From: Felis catus
Lineage: Eukaryota
NCBI RefSeq assembly: GCF_018350175.1
Contig: NC_058368.1
Coordinates: 133,860,001-133,924,000, forward strand
DNA length: 64,000 nt
Direction of reading: 5' to 3'
The notes under the pieces: generated by a model
Databases searched by the model: none
Told to the model about the DNA's origin: nothing
The model's input: the letters and a program-made list of their open reading frames with translations, nothing else
Position numbers and translations under genes: made by a program
Shown here: positions 13,001 through 25,710 of the stretch, piece after piece
Numbering within the stretch: position 1 is the first letter of the stretch
How the letters are laid out: the number at the start of each line of letters is the position of its first letter

Positions 13001-13374
13001 GCTCTTTCTGTTTCTAACCAACAGCTTCCAACCAGAGGTAACACAGTTTTTCTCTTACATGTTTATTAAAGAAGGTGGCACATATAATTATTAACCTCAT
13101 ATTCCCAATTTTTCTTTCAAGATAGAATTTTAACTTTCAAAATTACTTTTTGCCAAATGATGTAAGGAACTGTTAAATCTCTGAAGTGTAGGTTTTGCAC
13201 ACCTAACAAAAGTTCAATTATCTCTTTTCTCTTGTTGGTAAAAGTAATGAGTGAAGATTTGACAAGCTCTTTCTCATTTCTCTTATTTGGGGGGGGGGCT
13301 TGTCCTTTAAATTTTGGGGCAAAAATTGTGCAAAACTGCTTAGTAGTTTCATTTCCTTTTCTTTCTTTTTTTTT

Positions 13375-13491
13375 TCAAAATATGTATTTTACTTTATTTT
13401 TAAATAATCTCTGTACCTAGTGTGGGGTTGGAACTCATGACCCTGGGATCAAAAGTTGTATGCTCTGCTGACTGAACCAGCCAGGTGCCCC
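13375..13491 (-). mobile_element. Short Can-SINE (tRNA-derived head, little CT region)
   Basis: ...actgaaccagccaggtgcccc head with T-rich tail upstream. Confidence 0.8.
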
Positions 13492-15910
13492 TCTTCTTTT
13501 CTAAATCTGATCCGAGTCGCTCTCAGATTTTCACTTTCTGGGTTAATTGTTAGTCACTTAGTCAATCAGAAATGCACTTTAGTTATTGTTTTGAATAGAA
13601 AGATAGAACACAAAATTACACTTTGAATATATAGCTTCAGTTTGACATATGATTGTGTTGTTAGCTGAATTCCAGAACTACTTAAGCTGAAGTGTAAACA
13701 TCAAATCTTTATCCTTTGGGTATTATAGCAACTGTAAAACCGGCAAGTGTTAAAAATGCTGTATTCTGAAATTGAAAAGATTTGGTCATAGGAAATTAAT
13801 CAGTCCTTCCAGAGAATATTTAGTATTGTAACTTCTTTTAACTTCCAATTTTGCCATTAAAATTAATTTGTGGAACTTTTCCAAGATAATATTAAGATCA
13901 TAAGTTTTCATTTTAAAATAAGTAATAGGGAACCACAGCAGTAGGAAGACATTCCCCCATATATTTAACAGATAAATCATTTTCTACAGAAGAGAAAGAA
14001 CGGAAATAAGAATATAAATACCTGTAAATGTATGAGGTATGACTATAAAATGGTATTCCTTTTAATAAATAACAAGTAAAAAATGACACATGCTTGTGAA
14101 TACTGTCCTTTGCAAAACGGTTATCTGGAGAGACGAAATGATACCATTATTCAGAACATTTTGGGGGAAGTCTTCTGCAGCTTTTTTATGTAACTCGTTA
14201 CTCTTGGAAAGTAGGTTTGATTTAGGACACTACTAGAGTCCTACGCAAACTAATTGGGTGATGAGACCCACTGATACCACATTTAGAGAATATGCGAGAA
14301 ATACAAAGTGATGAGACGCAATATATTGGGAAACCCCCAGACAAATGATTGAAGCTCTCCTCACAGCAGTGCCCCCCGGGTTGCTTAGACCAGTGGAGGC
14401 ATCTTCTCAACAAAGTGTGTAATCTTGAGAGCGACCTCTGCGTCTCTGCTGTCCTGCCGCTCTCACTGACTTTGAAAGTTCTCCACTGAGCGAGTCCCTG
14501 GTCTCTGCTGAAACCTATCCTTGGACTTGTCCGTTGTCAAGTATCAACTCCCTTTTAGGGCTGTATTTGGTATCTTTGGAACCCCTGGGGCCATTTTGCT
14601 GGCCTACAGTTGTCCCCACTGCCATAAGCCCATCCTGTGTCACTTGGATTTGGTGATACCCTCGTCCCATTTGGACACTGCTGTTCCACCTGAGATGAAA
14701 CAGGCTTTCTTCCCGGAGGACCTCCCTGCCTCCTCACTTTCTTAATAGTGTTCAGGTTATAACCCTCACTCATGCCACCGCATCGTTCATTTTGCCATAT
14801 TCTGTAAACCCAGGGCACATAACTTACGGAGTTCAGCTCGGTGGCTGGGTATTTGATGTGACCACAAAATTTTCCTCTCAGAGTCAACACTTGTTAACAG
14901 CTTGTTACATTTGCTATGGCTATTTTTAAAATAAATTGTTATTTTGTTTAATAAATGTTAAAGATACAAAGAAAGCCTTTCCCATCCAATACCTTTCTCC
15001 TCCTTGCCTGCCCAGAGGGAACTAACTCTCCTGAAGTTGATTTGTGTGGTTTCCATGCAAGTACAGGCCCTAGATACTTTATATGAAACTCTAGAGCCCA
15101 GTGAGTCTTGGAATTAATTTTCATGTTTTAGAAAGGTAGCATGATCCCTGTGCTGTACACAGCAGCCCAACAGCACCTGGCCAGCAGTGCATAATCAAAT
15201 ATATTAATATTTCTGCAGCAGCCTTGAATGAACAGTCACACTAAGTGGATTAAATACATATTCTAAATAGCTTTCCAATCAGTCCGGCCGATGCCATGCC
15301 ATCACAAGGATTACTGTAAACTTATGAATAACCTTCAGGGTTTTAGGGTTTTGAAATCTTGGATACAGAATTGCGCATATCGATTTACCTCTGAGACCTA
15401 TGTATAGATTTTTAATTCTCTTTTTTTATTTGCTACTATCCTTATCTTCACTTTATCATTAGTGCATCTCTCCTGCTTGCGCTGATTTCATAATTCTTTT
15501 CCTGATTGTTGGAGTTGATTTGGTTTGTGTTTTATTTGTTTCTTCCTACTGAAAAGTGTTTAAGACTGTGCCTGTTCTTTCTGAGTGGAGATTTGGTTTA
15601 TCTCATTACTCTTTCTAGTAGCGTTCTCATTTTTATGGCTTATAAAACAGTCTCATTACATTATAAAAATTCCTCTTCGTCTCAGTATGTACTTATAAGG
15701 TGTTTTATAATTTCAAGGTATGAGGGCATTTTTAAGCTTTAGTCATTAATTTCTAGGGTTGCTTCATTGTGATGCTTCAGTGTTTATGAAGTGTATTATT
15801 AACCTAATGACAGGTTAAAAAAAAACCTGCTAGAACTGAGATTTCAAATGAGTGTTACCTTTACAAATACGCTTATTCTAATCATGGTTCTGTTGCTCAA
15901 AAACTTCTCC

Positions 15911-15960
15911 GTTTTGTTTTGTTTTGTTTTGTTTTGCTTTGCTTTGCTTTGCTTTGTTTT
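15911..15960. repeat. Compound (GTTTT)n/(GCTTT)n pentanucleotide repeat
   Basis: Ten 5-nt units read directly. Confidence 0.9.
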
Positions 15961-16800
15961 GAGAAGTGCTTGTAGAGTTTACCTCTCAGGAAAAACAAAA
16001 AGAAAAGTCTGTTTGCTTTAGAGTTAAAATTCTCATATTGATTAAAAACTGTTCTTTAACTATTCACTTTTTCTACATTACGTTGTCCTCATAACTATTG
16101 AGTGACGTTCTTCAAAAAGCAAATCTATATGCAAGGGACTAAAAAAACTCACCACTACTGAAGCTACTTTAAAATGTTTGTTTTGTAACAAAAAAACGTG
16201 TCAGCCAGAGAAAAAAGGGCAGAGAAATCTGATTTTTAAAACAATGACATTGGTGAGAAAAGTACATGCTTCATCTCTTCCCCTTTTTACGCAGGGCACA
16301 TATTGATGTGTCAGAGGGCAGCATGCTTTGTAAAGGAAGGTCTCTCGTTACTTTATTTGTGATCACACATCCTAACATTCATTTTATGTTACTCACCTGA
16401 AAGTCACAGTGTTTGATTGTGAGTAGCGGTAGGAGCGAGGTACCATACTCAGTTGAGAACTAATCTGTCATTTCATGCGCCCAGGTTCTCTGGTTGTCAC
16501 TTTCTTTCAGTGGCTTTGAGTAGATCCTGCCCCTTTTCAGAGCCTGAGTTTCCTACAAGAGAGGAAGCTATCTTCTGGGAAATGGTCTTATAGACAGCTG
16601 AGATGAAATATAGAAGGCATTTTGACCTCTCAGAGAAAGCAGCAAGGGTACACATTTAGACACTAATTATTATAGTTCTAACATGAAAAGGCAATAGTAT
16701 GAAATGGTGATGTCCCTCCCCTAGGTTCACTGCTTTGCTCGCAGATTCACTTGTCTTTCTTTCTGAGGTGGTCTCCTAACCTCACTGTGGTTTCTCGTAG

Positions 16801-16958
16801 TCCTCCTCTTCCTCCCAGGAGAAGCTGCATCAGTTACCATACCAACCAACGCCAGATGAATTGCACTTCCTGTCAAAACATTTTTGTACTACTGAAAGCA
16901 TTGCCACGGAAAACAGATGCAGGAACACCCCCATGCGCCCCCGTTCCCGAAGTCTGAG
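16801..16958 (+). CDS. MAST4: MAST4 exon 3 ([28 protein letters not shown]...MRPRSRSLS)
   Basis: tttctcgtag acceptor, AG|gtgtgt donor; 158 nt, phase 0 to 2. Confidence 0.96.
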
Positions 16959-17489
16959 GTGTGTGGACCTGATTGAAAAATGTTACTTAACTGGATTATC
17001 TCTTTTTAACCATTTCTAGGGAAGCCTTTGGGTGGTCCCATTCATCTCAGTGTTAATTGATTTGTGAACTTCTCTAAATAGAGAGTGATTTTCCCATCTC
17101 TACGTGATGTTGTTAATTACCACTGAAAGGCATCTTACTGTTTTTCTTTCAATTTCTCTCAATTTGCTAATTGCTATAGTAGCAGTAATCATGATGGACC
17201 AAAGGGACCTCCTATAAAGCCTTCTTGCCATTGGAAATTCCAAGACAATCTAATTGTGGTATAGGAGCACTTAATGCTCTTATTTTAGGAGAGTTAAGCT
17301 TGGCTAAAAAGGAAGGACAGCAAAAATAGAAGGATTTTCGTTCAGATTCCACATTATAAAAGTTCACCCCTAGTTTTCATTTTTTCTTCACATCATGAGT
17401 TTTACTTTTTTCCAGGATCATGAATGCATTGTTAGGAGTTTGTCTCCCTTGAATTTTGACATTTGGTATCTCTTACAGTTTTGTTTTTT

Positions 17490-17870
17490 AGGAAGCAGAC
17501 TCTAAAACAGATTTGTGTTCAGGATGCTTAGTAGGGAGTGCTCAGGATTTATACTTGTAGAAAGAAGGCAAGCAAGCAAAATGGGGCAGAGGCAAATGAA
17601 GCCGTCACACAGCTGACTCCACAGGGGACTCCGGGGTTGGCATGACCTGTCAGAGTTGTGCTTCTGGGCCAAGTGGCCTTTTTTTTTTTTTTTTTTTTTT
17701 ATCCCTACCTCAGTCCCTGGGTGCAGCACCCTGGCAAGGACGTGGCTTGGATGGGGTGGCTGCATCTGAGGCCATCTTTGAAGGGACTGATGGCTGAAGG
17801 CTTCTACAGTCCCAGCAGCCGGGTGACAGGTCCTTCTCTGCCGGACGCTCAAGGCAGTTTGTCTCCACGG
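17490..17870. mobile_element. ERVL-type solo LTR relic (LTR16/LTR33-like)
   Basis: aggaagcagactct...gggagtgctc opening resembles these LTRs; family uncertain. Confidence 0.45.
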
Positions 17871-17988
17871 TGTGATATCTTGACGCTAGAGTCGGAATAC
17901 TTTCCTGTTTAAGATTTTATTATGAAAATAGTTTGTCAGGTGTTCAGTTGAACATCTGAGTTTCCTGAGGAGGGTTTTCCCCTTTGTA

Positions 17989-18086
17989 TTTTTTTCAAAG
18001 TAAGCTCTACACCCAACATGGGGTTCTAATTCAAAATCCTAAAACCAAGAGTCCTATGCTTTATTGACCAAGCCGGCCAGGTACCC
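17989..18086 (-). mobile_element. Short Can-SINE, diverged
   Basis: taagctctacacccaacatgggg...agccggccaggtaccc; same type as 13375. Confidence 0.75.
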
Positions 18087-18957
18087 TCCCCCCGCTTTGT
18101 AGTTTTTTTTATTTAGCATCATAAACTGATACTAAATGTAGCCACGCTGAATAATTTGGGAATGAGTTATTATTTTGAGTTAGGTAATAAAAGACCAATT
18201 TTACGAATTCATTTAAAGACGTTGTATTTTACCACATGGGTGCCCATTTTATGGTTTTATGAAAGGAGCTCCTTGGGTATCTGGTGCAGGCTATGTTCTC
18301 CCTGGAATGTAAATACTCGCACTGACGTTGCACAACCGTATACCACGAGGAACAAACACGAACTGCTATTGAAATAATGAAAGCGCACAACAGTTCTCTG
18401 CCTCTCTTTCATATTGTCCAAAGTGCTTACCTCAGCATCCCAAATAGGTATTTGCTAGGCCAGAAAATGGATTTCAGTGGCGACACCTGTGCCACAGAAG
18501 ACTCTGAGACCTTTTCAGTGGTACACGGCAGAGCTCAGGTGTACAATAAAAGTGTGAAATTACCCTGTTCGTTGTGTCCTAGATGTTGCTGTTCATAATG
18601 ATCCTATTTTGTTTTATATTGCAATTCATTAATTGGTTTCCAGAACGACACAAATGCATCCTACATACAGAATATAAGCTCAATTTAAGAACGTTTCTGA
18701 ACTAGTTTTGCATTGTAGCTGTAATTATTTTGTGGCATTCCATTTCTTAGGCTTCCTTTCTGAAATCCTCTCCAGGGTGTCACCCTGTGTGGGTATGTAT
18801 GTACGTACTAATGACTGATTCTGTAGTTTATCGCCTAATATACTTCTCTTACGAAGGTTGTATAGTCCTTTTGATCCAACCAATTGTTTATAAATAAAAA
18901 GCTTATTTTCATTTCATGCTGAGGCAAGTTTAAAAGGGTAATTTGCTTTGCTTGCAG

Positions 18958-19033
18958 CCCCGGACGTTCTCCCGCCTGCTGTGACCATGAAATAATTATG
19001 ATGAACCATGTCTACAAAGAAAGGTTCCCAAAG
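18958..19033 (+). CDS. MAST4: MAST4 exon 4 ([25 protein letters not shown])
   Basis: cttgcag acceptor, AAG|gtaatg donor; 76 nt, phase 2 to 0. Confidence 0.96.
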
Positions 19034-19426
19034 GTAATGAATTGAATCGAAGATGCCTAGCATCAACGAACAGGCAACCTGGGTGTAGCATGTGTAAGGT
19101 GGTTTTGTTACGGGAAGCAATGGTCCAGTCTAGTAGTAACGAGCTGGGCTTGTGTAAAACAGCACCATAGCTTCTGAAAAAGGTAAAATCACTCAACATT
19201 TTTTAAAAATGGCTGAGGACTAGCCATATTTGCTGTGTGAGCTGCCTCTAAAATGAATCCTGCTGCTTGTCCCACCCACTGGGTGGGCCTGATGAGGCAC
19301 CCCAGGGAGAATGAGCCTCTAGACCCTCATGTTCCCTCTGCCCTAATCTGGGCCCCGTTCCTGAATCCTCAGGCAGCAACTGTTTTACTTCGTTAGAAAC
19401 CTATAGAGTAGTATGTGGTGACTGTC

Positions 19427-19450
19427 TTTTGTTTTGTTTGCTTGTTTTTG

Positions 19451-19498
<48 letters not shown>

Positions 19499-19621
19499 TC
19501 CAAGCATGCTCCACGCTGTCAGCCCAGAGCTCTTGTAGGGCTTGAGCCCACGAACCGTGGGATCATGACCTGAACCAAAATGGAGTCGGACGTTTAACTG
19601 ACTGAGCCATGGAGGCGCCCC
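19427..19621 (-). mobile_element. Can-SINE with (GA)n
   Basis: ...gactgagccatggaggcgcccc head; internal (GA)n. Confidence 0.88.
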
Positions 19622-20609
19622 AACCTCATTTGTCTTTTCTGGGACTTCCTATCTCTTGAGCAAGTTGATGTCTTCCCCTATTAATTTAGAAGGGAGGGTA
19701 CAGTTGCAGTGTTCCCCACTGGGCTTGCAAAAGGAATTCGAATTGAGCCAGGGAGGACTTGTCGAAGAGTTGTTGCCAGACGTCCTGGCTGCAAAAGCCT
19801 GCTGTTGGATAGTTCCTGTCACCTAGTATCCACGGCCTTTGCCCTAGTATTCCTGCACATTTGGGAGAAGACTGTCTTTCCATTGTGTTCCTGTTCCTCC
19901 CCCACTACTTGTGTAGCCCCAGGCAAGAAAACGAAAGGAAATCTCTGGTTTCATAAATCAGTAGCAAAATGCTTATTATTTGCAATGAACCCGACATTGA
20001 TGTCATTGATTAAAGCTGTCTTAGCTATTAATTACATGTCACTTGTTCACCGGGGAAATAGGTCCTGACTCAGGTAGTTAATGCTAGTTAGGATTTTAGA
20101 AGGGGAGCAGGAGGCCAAGAGAAACCCCCGCCCCCTCATAGACAATATAAGCAAAGGATACTGATTAGGCAGTAGGGCGTCACAGAATGAAATGAAAATT
20201 GGAAAGGAAATTTTCTATTGATGTTACCTAGGGAATCTCCTTGGCTTTTTACATGTGATACAGCTTTTTGAGAGAAGGATAAGGATAATATAAGATGTTT
20301 GTTCCTGGTACATTATAACCTAGTGAACAAAACAACTCTTGCCTATCCTGTGGAATTCTAGCAGCAGTCTGAGTTTTGAATAGGTAAAAACATAACCTGA
20401 TATTTTTGAGCATCCATCTGAAAGAAATAGCCCAAGATCTAAAACGAAAGCATGTCAATTCACGGTATTGTTTGACTTGCAGAAGCCTTTATAGACCATC
20501 TTATATTTGATAGGACAGAAAAAATAATTATCACCCTAGGGTAGTCAGTTTCCCTTGTATACCTCAAATCTTTCTTCCATGTAATGAGGCTGCTGTTGCT
20601 GCTTTAAAA

Positions 20610-20880
20610 AAAAATAGATTTATTTTTTCACAACAGTTTTAGGATCACATCAGAATTGAACAGAAAGTACCAAGAATTCCTGTATACTCTGGTGTCCCCC
20701 CCAGCCCCCTCCCCGACATTCACACCCTCCTCCCTTCAGCATCCCTCACCCGTTAAGAGTCGATGAACCTGCAGTGACACATCATCATCACCCAGAGTCC
20801 ATAGTTAACATTAAGGTTCACTCACGGTGGTGCGTATTATGTGGGTTTTGACAAGTATGTAATGATGTTATGTATATACA
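20610..20880 (-). mobile_element. Old L1M (L1MB/MC-like) 3' UTR fragment
   Basis: cagttttagg...cagaaagtac; cccagagtccatagttaacattaaggttcactc; gggttttgacaagtatgtaatga. Confidence 0.7.
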
Positions 20881-21006
20881 CCAGTAGTTTCTAGAAACTA
20901 ACAATTTGTGGAGGTGTCTGAAGATGCTCACTAAACGTGATGATTGAATTGTCCACTTGTGTGTTTTGTCGTCTTACATCTGTGTGTGCGTGTCTTCTCT
21001 AAATAG

Positions 21007-21216
21007 GCCACGGCTCAGATGGAAGAACGTCTGAAGGAAATTATCACCAGCTACTCTCCTGACCACGTTCTTCCTCTAGCAGATGGAGTGCTCAGTTTCA
21101 CTCACCATCAGATTATTGAACTGGCTCGAGATTGCTTGGATAAATCCCACCAGGGTCTCATCACCTCCCGATACTTCCTTGAATTACAACACAAATTAGA
21201 TAAATTGCTGCAAGAG
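21007..21216 (+). CDS. MAST4: MAST4 exon 5 ([13 protein letters not shown]...LDKLLQE)
   Basis: aaatag acceptor, GAG|gtatga donor; 210 nt, phase 0 to 0; overlaps ORF 21019-21222. Confidence 0.97.
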
Positions 21217-22399
21217 GTATGAACCACCATATAAAGTTTTCGGATTTGTTTTGCTTTTCCCCTGAAAAAAGAAAAACTTCATGAGTGCATTTGCTTACAC
21301 ACTGTAACCATGAGATAGAGTTCATATTCCAGGGAAGCAAAGAAGAAAAAACTGATTGCTACTTGCTATAAATTGATTCTCATCATCATTTATAGTAGTA
21401 ACAGAAAGTTAATGTAATAACCTTTACAGGAACCTTGGGACCCAACAATCTATGGCTCTGGGATAAGTGGATTGTAAGGGATTTTCAGGCAGTGATTTTC
21501 CCCCCACCCCCACCCATAAAGTTATAAATTGCCTGAGTGCATGTGCGTTATTTGATGATGCTATCTAGTTCTAATATCTGGAAAAGCTAAATGGAAAATT
21601 GCTGGCTCCTTCCAGGCCATGTGTCCTATTAATTAACCTGCACGTGGTATTGGGTAGTAAATGGCAACTTAAATTCTCATTAGTGTCAGTTCCTCTTCTA
21701 ACAAAATATCCAATTTCCAAAAGACAGATAAACACAGGTACCTGTCTAGGTCTAATACTTGAATGCGTAGCTCCTGATAACACCCAGGGCAGGAAGGAAT
21801 GTGTATGGTAGAATGGAATTAATGCGTATACTGCTCTTGTGACTGAAATTGATCAGCCACAGCCTACAAGTAAAACCTATTTCGTCTCTATATTTAGATA
21901 TATTGTATTTCTCTACCCCATAGGGCATAAGTTATGCCCATGTCAGCAAAAACCATAGATTGTTTTTCTAAGCATGAATATGTAAATAATTGCATGGAAC
22001 TGGAAGAAAATATTAGCATCCTAGTTTTCTAGAAATTCATCTGTATTGGCCCGTACTGAATTGAGTTCTGGCAAGATGAGCAGATGCCTTTGTGACTAGA
22101 AGTCACTATTTTTCTTTCCCATCCAGACATCCCAACAGAGTTTTCTGTGCTCTGTGCCCATTTCTCATATTTCACCCTATTGTAGTTCATTAAGGCAGTG
22201 TTTCTCAGAGTGTTTTAGGGGGCTGAATACCTTGTTTTTGTTTTTCATTGTTAATTTCCACTTTGTCTTGCACTAATTCTCCAATGAATTAAAATGAAAA
22301 TAAATTTATAGGAACATGCATTTGGGTGTGCAAGAAATGTTCAAAATGTAAGAGCTGCTAAATGCTTGCACTCAATTATTGTACCCGTGTCATCACAGA

Positions 22400-23420
22400 T
22401 TGGTAATAGCTCAGGGACCAGTCCCAGCAGAGGTGTCTGTGTGAGCAGGGATTTTGTCTGTTTTGTTCATCTAGTGTGGTGTCTAGCATATAGAAGAACT
22501 CTTGAATGAATGGCTTCTGACCTCCCCTCATTTAACTCACTGAAGTCCACTGTCCTCCTTACTGTCTTGTCCTCTGGACATTTTACTGAAACAGTTCTCT
22601 TTTACTGGAATATTATTATATTCAGCAATATTAATATCTTCCTTTTCTCTCTTCATAACACCCCTCCTTTTCAATTCTTCTTCTGTTGTTGTTGTTTATT
22701 TATTTTGAGAGAGAGTAAGGAAGGGGCACAGGGAGGGTGAGGGAATCCCAAGCAGGCTCCATACTGTCAGCACAGAGACCGACATGGGGCTCGAACCCAC
22801 AAACCATGAGATCATCACCTCAGATTTCACCTGACCCGAAATCAAAAGTCAGAAGCTCAACCTACTGAGCCACCCAAGAGCCCCAAGATATTTTTAGTGC
22901 TTGTGTTTTTTCTCTGCTTCTTCCAAGAGCTCTTCCTCTAACTTGTGTTTTCTGAAAGTTAGTTTTCCCATCATCTGATTTGTGGCCCACTGCTCCTCCC
23001 TCTGTTCTGGTGGTCTTGTTGGCTCTCTTAGATTAAAGACCGATGTACTCTAATGGCTTCCTGTTTCTATCTCCCGACCAGCAGCTCTTAGCTTTCAGAT
23101 TCATGTGTCTGCCTGGCTAATGAGTATCTTTCCACGTGGACAGTTCACTGAGACCATAGTCCTGACTCCCAAATTCTTAATTCTCTGTGGCTGTAAGAAC
23201 ATTTGTCTAATAACATTCCTCACTGGCTCCTTTCTGCCTATGAGTAAAAACCCTAAGATGGCAGGCACATTGACCATAGTGCAGTTTCATGCTCTGTTTT
23301 GGGTTTTCCAAGAGGGCTCTTTGAAGAACATGGATCACATCCCAATCGTCTTCAACCCCCTGGTACCTAGCACTGTGGCTGATACTTGCTTCCTCAGTAA
23401 TTATGGAAGGAAGGGAAGGA
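22400..23420 (+). mobile_element. L2 relic fragments (interrupted by a SINE)
   Basis: cagattcatgtgtctgcctggcta...tccacgtgga and 3'-end-like tacctagcactgtggctgata motifs; pyrimidine bias. Confidence 0.55.
22693..22884 (-). mobile_element. Can-SINE inserted in an L2 relic
   Basis: gaatcccaagcaggctcc...gagccacccaagagcccc. Confidence 0.88.
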
Positions 23421-24747
23421 GGGAAGGAGAAAGAAGATATGTATATATGCATGTCAAAATGCTTGATTTATTACAATTTATTGTCAAATAATTCACTTCT
23501 GCTGTTCCTTTTAATCAAACAGCTCCCCCCAAAAAGGCTAGGAATGCAATGCATATTACTTGCTATGAGAATATCTTGAAAATGATATTTGTTAAATGGT
23601 GGGTTTTGAAACAGAAGAGGCAGATAAGAGAGTAACTCTGTAGTCAGTCTCTGTGAGATGCTCCTTCCTTAATTCCACAGTTCTGTCCCAGGATGTTACC
23701 ATAATTACTAATTTAGTCCTGTTTTTTTTGTTTGTTTTTTTGTTTTTTTTTGTTTTTTTCCTTCAGAGGCTTTCCCTGAAAGGGATAGAATCAATATCCA
23801 AAGCTGTTTACATTGAAATCCTGCCACCCCCTTCCCCCCCAACACACACATTTAATTTTGTTTCTGTCTAATAGACCTGGCAGATTGTTTCATGGCAATT
23901 ACAAAAAGAAAATTTTGGGTTTCAAAAATCATCTGAATATGCCATATAGCATAATATAATTGTTGATATTTAGAGAAATTTGTCTTTTGAGCAGAGAAAC
24001 GTGTTTACTTGTGGTATGAAGAGCATTGTTGGGTTGTCTTATTTATCTTCACGGAGAAACATTTTCTTCAGTCCTTGTGTGAAAATTAAAACTATCTTCA
24101 GAATGACATTGACAGTGTCCTTTCAGAGTTTGGAGCTAAAGAGTCACAGGGAAACTTGTGCCTTTCAGATGGAGTCCTTATTGTGGGAATTTCCTTTACC
24201 TTCCACAGGATGCAATTGTTGTTAGTTCCCAGCTGTGACTTTGTGTGCCTGGTATCTCCTGGCCACTTTCCCCATTGTCAGTCTTTTGTAGACCCAGGCA
24301 AGGTCCCCCTGTGGTTTTGAGCAGTTTGATTTAACTGATGGCTTTTTAAAGTCCTGAGGTCTAGGTCTGTTCCAGATGAAATGCTTGATGTCTCCATTTG
24401 TTTTCTCACTTAGGTGTATTTAGCCAAAGAAAATAATATCCATAGGAAACTATAACCTACTTTCAAATATGGGTCTTAGTATTTTTTGTAGCGGCCAATA
24501 CTTAAAATATAAACACAGGGTATCCATTAGTGTTGGTGCTTGCTCTTGGCAGCCTGGAAATTTTCTTCTCATGCTGTGTGATTTTGTTTGGTGTTGTCTT
24601 GACAGAATTCCTCCCTCCCCAATAATGTTAGCATATAAAATATTATTTGAGTTAATATAATCCATTGTATGTTCTGGCTTTGGTTATAACTGATAATTCT
24701 TAGAAGTAAGAAGTAGGAATGAACTGATTATTTTTAGTTTAAAAACA

Positions 24748-24966
24748 TTTTTTTAATGTTTATTCTTGAGAGAGAGCACGAGTGAGCGCGAGTGGCGGGG
24801 GCGAGGGGGGGGGGGTGGGCAGAGAGAGAGGGAGACGCAGAATCCGAAGCAGGCTCCAGGCTCTGAGCTGTCAGCACAGAGTCTGACGTGGGGCTCGAAC
24901 TCGTCAACCACAAGATCATGACCTGAGCCGAAGTCAGATGCTCAATGAACTGAGCCACCCAGGCAC
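24748..24966 (-). mobile_element. Can-SINE
   Basis: gaatccgaagcaggctccaggctctgagctgtcagcacagag...gagccacccaggcac. Confidence 0.9.
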
Positions 24967-25608
24967 ACGGTAACATAAAATTTAAAAAGATTTAAAGTCA
25001 AATTTTACTGAGTTGAGTGCCTAGGTATAATTTATTCAATATGCGAAATCAAATTGGTATGAATATATCCACGTATAAACGTTATCTTCCTCACATTTGA
25101 AATCAGCAGTGCACACTTCTTACAGGTCGTAAAATAACAAATTTGTAGGCTAATCATGGTGCACGTGTAAAATATATTTCATGACTGTGTTAAACGTCCA
25201 GGATAACAAAACCAGCCCTTCACTGTGTTAGCCATTTCATAGCTAAAGTTGCTATATCTGGTAAATCAAGGTCCCTTATCAGCCTCCCACTCCACTTGTA
25301 TCATGTACTTAATGCATCATAATCTCTTAATCTTTCCATCATTCATGGTTCACATTAGGAGTTTTAACATTTGATTTTTAACACCGAATAGATCAAAGTT
25401 ATGCAATTGAAATTTAGCTAATAGAGCCATTTTGTAGGTAAAGAATTTTAACGGTGTCCATTTATGAAGAGATAATGTCCGCTTATCTGTCTGTGAAAGG
25501 TATTTTCTAAATCACTTAATTTTCAGAGATTTGTAATTATCTAATTAGCGTGCTTTGCTGATTTCCTTTTCCACTGAATAGAGCAACTCTGTATCATCTT
25601 TCTTGTAG

Positions 25609-25710
25609 GCTCATGATCGTTCAGAAAGTGGAGAATTGGCATTTATTAAACAACTGGTTCGAAAGATCCTAATTGTTATTGCCCGCCCAGCTCGATTATT
25701 AGAGTGTCTG
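25609..25710 (+). CDS. MAST4: MAST4 exon 6 ([34 protein letters not shown])
   Basis: tcttgtag acceptor, CTG|gtaagt donor; 102 nt, phase 0 to 0. Confidence 0.97.

Noticed and set aside
15060..15385. Possible old DNA-transposon relic (another near 14090-14200)
   Set aside because: Faint resemblance only; could not establish termini or family by eye
21923..21939. Quasi-palindrome gggcataa-g-ttatgccc
   Set aside because: 8-bp arms are expected by chance in 64 kb
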